From Octopus sinensis (lineage: Eukaryota), in the NCBI RefSeq assembly GCF_006345805.1, contig NC_042997.1:69626001-69690000 (forward strand): a stretch of DNA of 64,000 bases. Reading direction: 5' to 3'. The translations under genes were made by a program, and so were the position numbers. Under the pieces are notes generated by a model. It was not told the DNA's origin. It searched no databases and worked only from the letters and a program-made list of their open reading frames with translations. Shown here one piece after another: positions 26,115 to 39,355 of the stretch (the stretch's first letter is position 1; each line of letters opens with the position of its first letter).

Positions 26115-26830
26115 ATTTATGGCAGTAATTACAGTTTGAATTCTACGGGGCATGGCCTCATCACAGATCCTCCCCCACCTTTAACAGTTGGAAGAAGGCA
26201 GTCTGAGTCAAATGTTTCTTTTGGCTGTTTAAACACGTATATTCAAACGGTGGTCTGAAATATGGTAAAGGATGACTCGTCCGAGAAAATAACATTCTTC
26301 CATTGCTCTACAGACCAATTTCGTAGGTTTTTACTCCAATCTGAACGCTTTGTAACGTTTGATTTTGAAAGTATTAGTTTTCTAATTGCAGCCCTCTTGT
26401 GAAATCAGGCTTTGTGCAGCTGCCGGCGAACAATTTTTGTGGAAACTGGGTTCTCGAGGTGGTCATTAGGCTCTGCAGTAATTTTGGGAGCTGTACTTTC
26501 GTAATCCTTTCTAACAATTCGCGTAAGAGTCCGTGGTCCCTATCTGAAAGTTTTGGTTTCCTTCCGGAGTTTTGTTTCGACGAGGAGATTTTTCCCTCTT
26601 TCTCAAAGGCTGTCATTACTTTCGAGAGAGTACTTCTTGATACACCAAATATTTCGGCTGTTTTTGTTACGCAAGCCATACGAACACCAACAATTTGACC
26701 TCTTTGAAAGTCCGATCGATCAATCATTTTAATGAATTTTAATTTCCATTTTCTGATTATGTCTGAAAAGAAACAGTAAGTTTAGCCAAACATATTAAGC
26801 AACAATTGATAATAAATGAAAAAAACATAA
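26115..26830 (-). mobile_element. Tc1-family transposase pseudogene, 5' half
   Basis: SDFQRGQIVG...TAEIFGVSRSTLSKV (HTH), SGRKPKLSDRD (GRPR-like), VIFSDESSF (first catalytic D), PTVKGGGGSVM. Confidence 0.85.
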
Positions 26831-26937
26831 CTAAAAAATATGGATAGATAGACAGACAGACAGATAGATAGATTGATAGATGGACAGATTCTCCATCATT
26901 CTCTCCCTCACGTTCTGTCTGTCTGTCTCTCCCTCTC

Positions 26938-26939
<2 letters not shown>

Positions 26940-26996
<57 letters not shown>

Positions 26997-27071
26997 TTTC
27001 TTTCTCTCTTCCTTGCAATTATTTTTTATCCGCTTGATGTTTTCACATGTGTATCTGTTTGTGTTGCTCTG

Positions 27072-27124
<53 letters not shown>

Positions 27125-28490
27125 CCTCTTTCTTTCATTTAACTACTCACTCACAAACACATACATGCACACACACACACATACACACATACACACACGG
27201 ACACAATCTCCAGCTCCCTCTCTCTCTCTCTCATAATCTGTATGTCAGTTTATGTATGTCCACTTTCTCCCACGGTGCACATACACATGCATATTCTACC
27301 TCTCCCTCCCACATTTCCCACCACCATACACACTTATCAAAAGGTTCACACATATTCCCTATGCAAGACCCATTCTCTCTTACAAACACTGGCAAAAATC
27401 TGACACACTCATACATATACATATCTACACATACTATCAAACACACACGCACACAATACACACACGCACACAACACACACACTGTACACACACACTGTAC
27501 ACACTCACACATATATACATATACATAACAGTTTCTTTTCCTACTTCACACCGTTCCAAACCATCCACCTTTATAACGTGCTGTCTGTGTGATATCTGGT
27601 AAATGTAATATCCATTTCTCTCTCTCTCCCTCTCTCTCTATCTCTCTCTCTCTCTCTCTCTCTCGCTCTTTCTCGCTCACATATACACAGAAACACACTA
27701 AACACACACACACGCACGCACACACACACACACACACCACACACACACACTTTTTCTTTCTCTCTTCCTTGCAATTATTTTTTATCCGCTTGATGTTTTC
27801 ACATGTGTATCTGTTTGTGTTGCTCTGTATTTCTTTCTCTCTCTCTCCTCTCTCTCTCTCTCTCCGCTCTCTCTCTCTCTCTCTCTCTCTCCCTCTTTCT
27901 TTCATTTAACTACTCACTCACAAACACATACATGCACCACACACACACATACACACATACACACCCACGGACACCATCTCCAGCTCCCTCTCTCTCTCTC
28001 TCATAATCTGTATGTCAGTTTATGTATGTCCACTTTCTCCCACGGTGCACATACACATGCATATTCTAATCTTCTCTCTCCTCCCACATTTCCCACCACC
28101 ATACACACTTATCAAAAGGTTCACACATATTCCCTATGCAGACCCATTCTCTCTTACAAACACTGGCAAAAATCTGACACACTCATACATATACATATCT
28201 ACACATACTATCAAACACACACGCACACATACACACACGCACACCAACACACACACTGTACACCACACTGTACACACTCACACATATATACATATACATA
28301 ACAGTTTCTTTTCCTACTTCACACCGTTCCAAACCATCCACCTTTATAACGTGCTGTCTGTGTGATATCTGGTAAATGTAATATCCATTTCTCTCTCTCT
28401 CCCTCTCTCTCTATCCTCTCTCTCTCTCTCTCTCTCTCGCTCTTTCTCGCTCACATATAAACACAGAAACACACTAAACACACACACACG

Positions 28491-28540
<50 letters not shown>
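26940..28540. repeat. Near-identical ~780-bp tandem duplication bounded by (CA)n tracts
   Basis: Unit beginning TTTCTCTCTTCCTTGCAATTATTTTTTATCCGC at ~27000 and ~27757; differences are mostly SSR lengths and small indels. Confidence 0.9.
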
Positions 28541-28543
<3 letters not shown>

Positions 28544-28544
28544 G

Positions 28545-28582
<38 letters not shown>

Positions 28583-28744
28583 TGCACAGAAATACATTCG
28601 CTCACTTTGTCCCAAATTTATTCTGTGCCTGTGTGTATTTTATATGAATGTATGTGTGCGGGTGTGTGTGTGTGCGTGTGTGTGTGCATTGTTGACGTTA
28701 TATTTGCAGGAAATGTGAAACTGAGTCCCACGACCTGCCTTCGG

Positions 28745-28794
<50 letters not shown>

Positions 28795-28800
28795 CACGCA

Positions 28801-30940
28801 CAGAGCTGGGCGTAAGTTCGTTAATCCCTTAATAGTTAATTGACGAAGTTAACATCTTCGTTAACAATTTAACTTTTTAAGTTAACTTTGAAAATCATTA
28901 TCGGACTAATAAACTTCCGTTAGATTTAGCTTCCGTTAACTCATGTCCGTTAACCCCAAAATTTCATAAAACCGCTAAACGTTTAAAAGTTTCTATTGTT
29001 TTTAGATTTTCATAGCACATTTAATATTGTACGCGTCATTCTTTCAACCCCGATATAACGCCACTTATAAATAACTTCTAGGACTTCATTTGGCCCTGCC
29101 TGGATTTGAAACCAAATCCACCTGCTTGCTGCTTGCAAAGACAGCGGGTAATTTCTTTGTCTTGTCAAGAGGGAACAGTGATTGATGTTTTCCACTTGAT
29201 CCGTGGCCTCGCTGAGATGGATGTCAGCAGAGAAAATATTGATTTTCATAAAGTGGTAAAAATAAATGGAAGGAAAAAAGTTGGTAATATTTTGGTGTAA
29301 ACGCAAATATTTCGGTGTGAACACAAATAGCTGTTACGTAGTAGCAGGGCATGCTAGAAACAACAGCCAAATCTTTCCTTTTCTAGAAAAAGGAGCCATT
29401 TATGCGTGATTTCGATGTCACATTCGTTGAAAGCATGCAAAATAACCTGGTAAACAAAAAAAACCCTTGGTCGGAAATTTCGAGGTCCCCACCTTTCTTT
29501 TCCGGAAAAAAGTGACTTGTGACGGATTTGGAGGTCAGATAAATTGAATGCACCTGAAAAAACTCTGGGAATAAATTATTCCATACCGAGGTACGAAATA
29601 TTTACCGAAGGGATAAAATCTTGCACCGATTATACCTGTATTTTAATTAATTTAAATTAATGTACCTCATCCTTTAAAAGTGGCAAAACTTTTGTCGGCT
29701 GCCATCTGGGATAATTTTACTAACAAATCAAACAGGTAAAATGCATTAAGAATACCAATTTTAGTGTTTATCCATAATGTTATTGCTTTTACACTTGTTA
29801 ATTAGATTTACCTTCCCATAAAAGTCAAATTTACTCAGCTAAAATTGCATAACTATAAACCAGTGGTACATAAAGCACCCACTGACATAATTTCAAATCT
29901 GTATGTAAAAAATTTACAAAGTTACAAGCAAATATTGTGGACACCCCTCCTGAACCTGAATAATTCAAAATAACGTGAACAAAGAAGCATTACATTTGAC
30001 AGGTTAATATGAGCACAAAAATGTTTTTAGGTGGGGTTTTTTCTTACACTCACACATTACATGGTCACTCGGTCGGGACTACACGTGTGTTTCTTTGGCA
30101 TCATCACTCCATAAAAATTGTTTATGAGGAGAGAAATATTGAAAAATATCAATAGATGTATGTGTGAGTGAGAAAGAAACGAGGAACTTCGTTTTGGGAT
30201 GTGCTAGAAACAACAACCAGATCTCCCTTAAATCACACATTTTCCTCTGAAGTTATTCACACTTTTTTTAAAATTGAAAGTGTTTCTCTTGCGGGTTTTA
30301 AGTGGGTAGTAAAAAAAATGGCCGAAATCGTGTCGGACTGGGATGGTTAGGGGCAGGGTAAGTGAAGAAAAATTTTTTTTTATTTTTCTTTCTTTTACTT
30401 TTTTTTCGTGAAAAGATGCCTCCCATCATTTTGAAGACTTTGGTGAAGTTGGAATTTCCCCGTCAAAACGGGGAAATTCCAACTTCTGTGGGCCGTCTGA
30501 TCCGAAATTCCGTTTTCCAGAAACTCCCCCGCCCCCTTCCAAAGATTTTGCATGCAAATTTCTTTGTAATCCTAATCTACACCGTTTGAAAGGTATTTGT
30601 ATTAATTTCATTAAAAAAAACACCTATTTTCCAGAAAGTTATGAGGGGGAAAATGTCAGGTCCTGTGAGTTTTCCGAAATTCCTCTCGCCAACCCCATCG
30701 GAAAATTTTTCCAACAAATATTTTCAAGTACACAATTTACAGAATATAAGCGATTATTTGGTGAAAGTTTCTTTAAAAAGTATCCATTTTTATGGAAGTT
30801 ATAAGACAACAAAGTCAGTGGGGGTATTAAACTGTAGTTATGCTTTTTTCGATGAAAGTTAATGTTAACGGATTAACGTTAACTTCCGTTACGTTTTCAA
30901 AGAATTAACGGATTAACGATTAACGAAGTTAACTTTTCGA
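28801..30940. mobile_element. Probable DNA-transposon remnant with GTTAAC/TTAACG subterminal arrays and nested fragments
   Basis: CAGAGCTGGGC start; dense CGTTAAC/TTAACG motif clusters at 28815-28955 and 30855-30935; no intact ORF. Confidence 0.45.
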
Positions 30941-31187
30941 TGGTAGAGGGAGAAACACAGACACAAACACACACACACATACATGCATACATGAATACAT
31001 ACATACATACTACATACATACATACAAATATATATATATATATATACATGCACGACGGGCTTCCACTATACATATATACATATATGTATAGAGAGAGAGA
31101 GGGGGGAGAGAAAATGCTAATGAAAGGGGGACGTGTGCATGTCAGTCTCTCTCTCTCTCTCTCTTTCTCACTCTTTCTGTCTGTCTG

Positions 31188-31261
<74 letters not shown>

Positions 31262-31377
31262 CAGGTTTTATCAAACATTGTACGTTTGAATGTATGTATT
31301 TGTGTGCTTAGTTGCATGTCTATATATGTGCGTGTGCCTATATCTGCTGCCTACTTTACTGACACATAGGACACACA

Positions 31378-31428
<51 letters not shown>

Positions 31429-32134
31429 ACACACACACACACTCACACAAATATTTATAAACATATCTCTCCTTTCATTCTCTCTCGTTTCCTCTCTCTC
31501 TCTCCTTTCATTCTCTATCTGTCTGTCTATCTGTCTCTCTCTTTCATTTCGCTCTCATCCTTTCCCTTTTCACCTTACCAACTTTGTAACACCTCGTATG
31601 TGTGCATATGCGTGATAGAGTGCATGTGTGTGCGTGCGAGAGAGAGAGAAGGGGGAGAAAGGGAGAGAAAGAGAGAGAGCGAGAGAGGGAGGGAGGGAGA
31701 GATAGAGAAAGTGAGAGTGAGAGACAGATAGAGAGAGAGAAGCAGAGAGAAAGGGTGAGATAGAGAGAGGGAGAGGGAGTGTGTGTGTGCGTGTGCGTAT
31801 GTGTGTGTGTGTGTGTGCGTGCGTGCGTGCGTGTGTGTGTGTGTGGTTGTGTCTGTCAACTTCTGAACATCATATTTTTCACACATGTGAACACGTGCAT
31901 TTACATACACCTTCTCGTGGATTCGAGTCGTTCACACACACATACGCAAACACTCAAGCAAAACATGCACACTCATATACATTCAAATACATAATTATAC
32001 ACTCATACAGACACGCATACACTAACACACACACATAGTCATACAAACAACACATGCATGCGAGCAACCATTCATACATACACACTGCAAGCACAACCAC
32101 AGGCGGAAACACAAACAAACCAACACAACGCCCG

Positions 32135-32460
32135 CTTGAGGGGATTTTAGTCGAGTGAATCGACCTCAGTACTTATATTCTTTTAAAGCCTGGTACTTAT
32201 TCTATCGGTTCATTTCGCCGAACCGCAAGTTTACGGGGACGTAAACACACCAACACCGATTGTCAAGCTGTGATGTGGGGACAAACAGAGACACAAAGAC
32301 ACGCACACACAAATACGCACCCAACCACATATATATGTACGACGGGCTTCTTTCAGTTTCCACTCACAAGGCTTTGGTCGACCCTAGGGATATAGTAGAA
32401 GACACACTTGCCCAAAGTGCCACGCGGTAAGACTGAACCAAGAACCATATTGTTGGTAAG
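32135..32460 (-). mobile_element. SINE family A
   Basis: CCTGGTACTTATTCTATCGG...GACGGGCTTCTTTCAGTTTCC...CACTTGCCCAAAGTGCCACGC. Confidence 0.85.
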
Positions 32461-32645
32461 TAAAAAACGAACGTAAGGACGTGCACAAGAATTATATTTG
32501 TTTAACGTTCGGTGAAAGGAGAGAGTTTTAACGTTTCGAGCATGGCTTTTCGTTGGAAAGGAGAAAGGGAAAAGGCCGAAGAAAATAGAAAAAAGAAAAT
32601 CGCTAACGGTCCATGTGTGGTCCCATTTTTTAATATAAATATATA

Positions 32646-33894
32646 CACAGACATGCAGGAAGTAAATAGATACCTTTAATTTTTTAAAATCTTTTATTTA
32701 ATACGCAAAGCGAACAATTGAAATGTAATCGATAGGTAGGACACATACTTTAGCATTTAGTTGACATTCCCTTTGCAATTTTTAATTCAGAAACTCTTTT
32801 TGGCATCGAACTGAGCTTTGTGATTGTCTCTTGTGGAATTTCTGCCCACTTTCTGTGCAACAATCGAAACAATTCATCTTTAGATTTAGGTTTCTGTCGA
32901 AGTTTTCATATAGTTCTATCTAGTATGCTCCAAAGATTTTCAATTGGGTTCATGTCAGGAAGATTGGCTGGGTCAAGGAAACTTTTTGATCCCATTTTCA
33001 GTTAACCATTTTTTATTCCTTTTCGCTGTGTTGCATGGAGCCCCATCTTCTATGACTAAAAACTCAGTTTTCGATATGTTATCGTGTGAATACATAGGAA
33101 GTAGTCTTTGCTTAAGTATTTCGATGTATTTTTCCAACACATTCGATCAACTCAGAACGAACATTGCTGGTGACAGCTCCCCATACCATTACAGAGATAC
33201 CGCCATGTTTCACAGTTGGTTGGAGTCGTTTCAAATCAAATTCTTGATTGGGAAACTTCCAGACCCAAACACGTCCACTGTCTGAAAATAATGTAAATCT
33301 GGATTAATCTGTGAAAATCACTCTATCCCAAAATGAACTGGATTTTTCTGACATCTCCTTAGCTCATTTCTTTCCTTTCATTATATTAATTGGTTGAAGT
33401 AGAGGTTTTCTTCTAGCTGCTCATCCATAATACCCAAGCTTATGCAGATATATAACACACGTTCTTGGACTATCTTCTAGCTGTTTTGCAATGTCAGAAA
33501 CCTTCGAACGGGGTTTTCTACAATTCTCTTCAAACAGCGAAGCTTCCTTTCCAAGGGCCCAGGTCGGCCGGGACGAGAATTTGTTGATTCTTCTCCTTGG
33601 CTTTTGAATTGCACTATTAACAGTAGCAAGAAGAATTTGAAGATTTTCAGCAATTTTTCGCTGGCTAAGACCAGCCTCAGATTACCCAGCGATACGACCT
33701 CTTTGAACATCTGACAGTTCTGTTGAATTTTTTGTGTGTGGCTTGGTTACTCTTCGCAAATGTTTAAAATAATGGCACCTGGAATGAAAAAGAATAATTA
33801 CATTGTAAATTCTACACCGCTGAAAATATATTAAGATACTTAGACCAGAAATTTTGAAAATTAAAGGTGTCTATTTACTTCCTGCATGTTTGTG
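32646..33894 (-). mobile_element. Tc1 (DD34E-type) element with both TIRs; transposase disabled
   Basis: ~45-bp TIRs CACAGACATGCAGGAAGTAAATAGATACCTTTAATTTT / AAAATTAAAGGTGTCTATTTACTTCCTGCATGTTTGTG with TA flanks; motifs [48 protein letters not shown]. Confidence 0.9.
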
Positions 33895-33983
33895 TATATA
33901 CAAACACGCACACACACACACACATATACATACATATATATATGTGTGTGTATATATATATATATTGATATTACACACATACG

Positions 33984-34026
<43 letters not shown>

Positions 34027-34259
34027 GTGTATGTATGTATATGTACATTTATATACATATATATATATGTGTGTGTTAACGAGTAAGTTTTTTTATATAT
34101 GCATATATATGTATATATCTATATATCTATATGTATATATCTATATGTATATATCTATACACGCGCGCACACATACGCACGCACACACACACATAGATAT
34201 ATAATATATATGTAAATGCTTGAATCTACGTTTTATGTTCATAAATATATATTCATAAA

Positions 34260-34647
34260 CATGCCCGAACACACATATATACCGGACTGCGGCTATGCTG
34301 GGGCATCACCTTGAATGGTTTTAGTTAAACATATCGACCCCATTGCTTATTTCTTAAGCCTGGTACTTATTTTACCGATCTCCTTTGCCGAGTCACTAAG
34401 TTACGGGGACACAAACAAACCAACACCGGCTGCCAAGCGGTGGTGGGGAAGACCAACCCAAACATAGACACACACACGAATGAATACGTACATACGATGG
34501 GGTTTTTTCAGCTTTCATTTGTCACATCCTTTGGTCGACCCGTGGCCATAGTAGAAGATACTTGACACATATGCCAAGCAGTGGGATTGAACTCGAAACC
34601 ATGTAGTTGAGAAGAAAACGCCTTACTACACAGTCACGTCTGCGCAT
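34260..34647 (-). mobile_element. SINE family A
   Basis: GACTGCGGCTATGCTGGGGCA...CCTGGTACTTAT...CAGTGGGATTGAACTCGAAACCATGT. Confidence 0.8.
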
Positions 34648-34841
34648 CTATTCTTCATTTACCTATTGCAAATTCTGAATTTTATTAGCATATTTAAATG
34701 CAAAGAAATAGAAAAGAAGAGAGATAAAAAATGAAAAGAAAGAAAAGGGGAAAATGTGTGTGTATGTGGTGGGGGGATAAAGCTGAAGAAGATGGAGAGG
34801 AAGTGGGTGTCAGGTCACCTATCTAAAAACAAATAGTGTGC

Positions 34842-35045
34842 TCAACCGCGCCCTGCAGTAATGATCACAACGGCGTTGCCGAGGGGAATGGCCAGCGACA
34901 CTCACTGCAGCAGCCACTCCACCTCGCGGGGCTCATTTCTTTGACGGGCCGCCATTATCCCTATTTTGCGGAGGAACTCGGCAATACGGAGTCTTAGAAC
35001 ACCTGAAGTCTCGACAGCAACCGGCACAAAGTGATAACCGCCGAC
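34842..35045 (-). mobile_element. 3' fragment of a CRE-like non-LTR retrotransposon (restriction-like endonuclease C-terminus)
   Basis: YHFVPVAVETSGVL...FLRKIG...EPREVEWLLQ*VSLAIPLGNA resembles the FVP.A.ET.G...QR.S.A..RGNA motif; the internal TGA is probably a mutated CGA. Confidence 0.75.
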
Positions 35046-35246
35046 CATGGCCCCCTGCGTTATTGAGTCGCAGTTTGGTGTGGTATTTCTCGCTGCCAAT
35101 CCTCAGATAACTGCTCTAATAATGTTTGAAGTTACTTTGGATATCTGTTGCGGGTAACGCTTAAAACAATACTGATAGCGGGAATTACTAGGTAGTTTCA
35201 TTTTTGCTGAAACAATGAATAGAAATGAATACTACAAATGTATCAA

Positions 35247-35470
35247 CCCTTTCGTTACTAACCCGATTGAAACTGGCTCTGGCTCTGAGTAAAAATGTCT
35301 TGTTTTCATAAGTTTTGAATTAAAATCCTTCTCCAAACCTTAGTCACAATTTATGTTCCTAATACTAGCTTAATGATAACTAAGTTATTTTACTAAATTC
35401 TTTGTTATATTTAAAGTAATTAATTGAAAGAAACACAGAGCATCTCAAAATAAATACAGTAATGAAAGGA
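35247..35470. mobile_element. piggyBac-type MITE
   Basis: TCAA|CCCTTTCGTTACT ... AGTAATGAAAGGA|TTAA; TTAA-type TSD and CCC terminus. Confidence 0.75.
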
Positions 35471-36065
35471 TTAAAAGTTTTAAGGAATTTATGAAGATTT
35501 AAAACAATTTCTAAAGATTGGTCTTTAGAATATGCCTGTGGTTCATGAGTTCTTTTATAGAGATGTTTTTTACACTTTTATGCAACAATTTTTCTCTTGT
35601 CCTCTCAGCTCTTCATTCTCTCTCTCTCTTTCCTTCTCTTTCTCTTTCTCTTTATCTCATTTGCACGCTCGCGCGCGCACACACACATACACTGATAGAT
35701 AGATAGATAGAACTGTCTTATCGCTCACGTTCTTTCTTTCACTATTTTATCTCTTCTCTTTCTCACTTTCTTTCTCCCCTTTACTCATTCTCTCTTCTCT
35801 CCCTCCCTCTCTCTTTCTTTCTTTCTCTTTGTCTCATCTTTTCCCTTTACCTTCCACTCTGTATATTCCAGTCTTTCCCTCCGCCCACAGTTTCTTTCCT
35901 GATCCATGTTACTTCTCATTGATTCACTTTATTATTCTTACCGTTTCTCTCACTTCCTGTTTCTATCTATCTGTCTATCTATCTGTCTGTCTGCCGGCCT
36001 GTCTGTCTGTCTGTCTGTCTGATAGTCTGTCTATCTATCTATCAATATATTTATCTGTGTGTCTG

Positions 36066-36167
<102 letters not shown>

Positions 36168-37312
36168 AAATCACTTCCCTTCAACAACAGTTGCTTAAAA
36201 GATGATTCAGGCACTTCGTCGTTCACAGGTTGAACTTAGCTACTATGCAGTCCCTCCCGGGACAGCGTAAACTGTGACATAGACAGTTGAAATAATTTAT
36301 TGATACGATCGAATGGAACCCTTGAATCTACATCTAGTCCTCACATATATGACGTTCACCTATAGAACTACAATTGATTGACGATCTTCTCCTTACAGCC
36401 ATCTTTTTCTTTTCAAGCTATTCTATTCTGTTGTTTTCATTCTATTCTAACGTTGTTTCAAGTCTAACCTTAAGTCAGCAACTTTTTGGTGTGTGTGTGG
36501 GGGGTGGGGGTGGATAGAGACGATTAAATCGAACACACTATATGTCTGGTACATATTTTATCAACACCACAGAAGAGAAAGTCTACAAATTTGTAAGCCG
36601 GATTAAGGCCTACTGATGCCCTAAGCACAGGCCAGCAACGGGATCCCTCGAACATTTGTCTGACAAATAAATGTATTAAGAGAACGTGATCCATATGAAT
36701 ATTTGACAGCTAGTACAGTGGGACTGAATCGGAAACCATGTGGCAGCAAAGTGAGTTTATTTTTTAACTTTACAGCCATACCTCCACCTATAAGGGTTTT
36801 CCGAGGAATCGATTACAAAAAAAAAAGAAAAAAAAAAGAAAAAGAAGCACTGATACCAAATGTACACAACAGTTAAGGAAATGCCATTTTGATTTCTTCC
36901 AACGACATAAGATCAAGAATTTGGAGGGAAAACGAGACGGTTGATTGAACAAACTTTAGAACAGCAGTTCTCAACCATTTTTTACTTATGGACCCCCTTG
37001 ATTCCTATTTTATTCCAGTGGACCCCATATATATTTCTTTTATTCTTTTACTTGTTTCCCTCATTTGACTGCGGCCATGCTGGAGCATCGCCTCGAAGGG
37101 TTTTTAGTCGAACAAATCGACCCCAAGACTTGTTTTTTTAAAGCTTAGTACTTATTCTATCGGTCTCATTGCCGAACCGCTATACTAAAGGGACATAAAC
37201 ATACCAACACCGGTTGACAAGCGGTGATAGGGCACAAATACAAAGACATGTAGATACATACATACATACATACATACATACATACATACATACAACATAC
37301 ATACATACATAC

Positions 37313-37850
37313 ATACGAGCAAAACGCACCCGTCCAATGGACGGTACTGAATCATATCTGCTGAATATAAAGCAATCAGTGTTTTCTTTTCATTAAAAAA
37401 TAATTAAGCATGCCTTTATTTCAATAAAATTTTTGGTTTTGTTAAACGAAGTTAAGGCATAAAAAGAAAAACTTCTTGAGAAACCAAATAGTCTTTTCTT
37501 CCTTTATGCTAAGTTTGAAGAAAATATCTCTTTTGCATCTTATTTTTTTGTCTTAAATATACTGCATTTTGTGGCATTATTTCAAACCAGCCGGCTTTTT
37601 TGCGCAAACTGCACGTGCATTTTTCTCGTGTACGCGTAGTATCGATTGCAACAGCTGATACTTGCGTGTACAAATGCACATTTCCACGGCTTTATCGCAT
37701 TCTCACCTGGAATCGACTTTTTTGAAGACTTATACACGCCCTGATACCTTTAGTATCTACATATCAAATTTGAGCGCAATCGGAAGGAGGATGCCCGAGA
37801 TTGTAGAAGAAACACACACAGACAGACAGAACGGATTTTATATAATAGAT
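37313..37850 (+). mobile_element. Helitron/Helentron-like non-autonomous element inside a split minus-strand SINE A (37035-38025)
   Basis: 5' ATACGAGC...CCGTCCAATGGACGG hairpin; 3' CAAATTTGAGCGCAATCGG...ACAGACAGAC...TATATAATAGAT. Confidence 0.55.
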
Positions 37851-38228
37851 AAATATATAGGCACGACGGGCTTCTTTCAGTTTCCATCTACCAAATCCAC
37901 TCACAAGGCTTTGGTGGGCCCGAAACTACAGAAGAAGACACTTGCTCAAGGTGTTCCGCAATGGGACTGAACCCGGAACCATGTGGTTATGAAGCAAGCT
38001 TCTTACCACACAACCACGCCTGCACCTCCACACAGCCACGCCTGCGCCTCCACACAGCCACGCCTGCAGATACTTCTTTCATTATTCTTTTGTTTTCACA
38101 TGTTCACTTGTGCAGGTTTGCAACAGCCACTCTCTAAGATAAGATCTTATAGTGGCCAGAAATATGTTGAACTATGTAAAACGTCAAGGAAAGAAGCTCA
38201 GCTGTTTCTTGCGATAAATATATCTATA

Positions 38229-38660
38229 AAGGCGGCGAGTTGGCAGAAACGTTAGCACGCCGGGTAAAATGCTTAGCGGTATTTCGTCTACCGTTACGTT
38301 CTGAGTTCAAATTCCGCCGAGGTCGACTTTGCTTTTCATCCTTTCGGGGTCGATAAATTAAGTACCAGTTATGCACTGGGGTCGATGTAATCGACTTAAT
38401 CCCTTTGTCTGTCCTTGTTTGCCCCCTCTATGTTTAGCCCCTTGTGGGCAATAACGAAATAAGAAACGTTAGCACGCCAGGCGAAATGCTTAGCGGTATT
38501 TCGTTTGCTGATACGTTCTGAGTTCAAATTCCGCCGAGGTCGACTTTGCCTTTCTTCATTTCGGGGTCGATAAATTAAGTACCAGTTGCGTACTGGGGTC
38601 GATCTAATCGACTTCTCCTCCTCCCCAAAAATGTCGGGCCTTGTGCCTAGCGTAGAAAAG
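38229..38660 (+). mobile_element. Young tandem dimer of SINE family B
   Basis: Two near-identical units GAAACGTTAGCACGCC...TTTCGGGGTCGATAAATTAAGTACCAGTT...GGGGTCGAT. Confidence 0.9.
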
Positions 38661-39013
38661 AAAAAATACATCTATAGCAAACATTTTTCACGGACCCTTT
38701 AAGTACTACTGTGGGCCCTCAATTTACTTGTTTGCTGGCGTGAACACCATCAAATTTCTTATATGGATCCTGGTTGAGAACAACTGCTCCAGAATATGGC
38801 TACTGCGTGTGTGGTAGCTGTTACTGGTACAAATGAAGACAAAAAGCTCCTTCAAACTACAACCTAACTTTTTTGGAAGGACATGTTGTATAATCTATAG
38901 ACCTAGATTAATATCTGTCTGAAGCAGTAATAAAAGAGGACGAGAGTTGTCACGATTGGAACGGATTTGGTTATGATAGTAAATCTGCTAAATTAAGGTA
39001 GAACTAGAGCTAA

Positions 39014-39355
39014 ACGACATTATTTACATTATTTACATTCGACAGATATACCCTCCAGCCTTCTCCAGGGCATATGGCGTAGTGGTTAAGAGCGCGGGTT
39101 ACTAACTCCAAGATTCCGAGTTCGACTCCAAGCAGTGACCTGAATAATAATAATAATAAGAAGAAGAAGAAGAAGAAGATCGAAAAATACCTTAGGAATA
39201 ACCCAGGTTCGAAATTTCCATAAGGCACCTGAAGAAGGCTTAGAGGATATATCAGCCGAAACGTTGTGTTAGCAACAAACAAGATGACAAATATCCGTCG
39301 AATGTAAATAATGCAAATAATGTACATAATTCCTCATCTCTTAAATATAGAACTG
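39014..39355 (+). mobile_element. tRNA-headed small element with minimal hammerhead, inverted partial copy and 9-bp TSD
   Basis: TSD TAGAGCTAA (39005-39013 / 39356-39364); A box TGGCGTAGTGG and B box GTTCGACTCC (39068-39140); HHR at 39225-39269. Confidence 0.7.
39225..39269 (+). ncRNA. Minimal type I hammerhead with palindromic stem III (Penelope-associated type)
   Basis: GCAC-CTGAAGA-A-GGCT...AGCC-GAA-ACGT-T-GTGT. Confidence 0.7.

Larger units (their letters stand above)
36962..38786. mobile_element. hAT-type MITE expanded by nested insertions
   Basis: TIRs CAGCAGTTCTCAACCA / TGGTTGAGAACAACTG; TSD CTTTAGAA vs CTCCAGAA; GGACCC motifs at both ends. Confidence 0.7.

Noticed and set aside
39068-39140. 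tRNA-like sequence
   Set aside because: A and B boxes are present but the acceptor stem does not pair; it is the head of a TSD-flanked element, not a tRNA gene.
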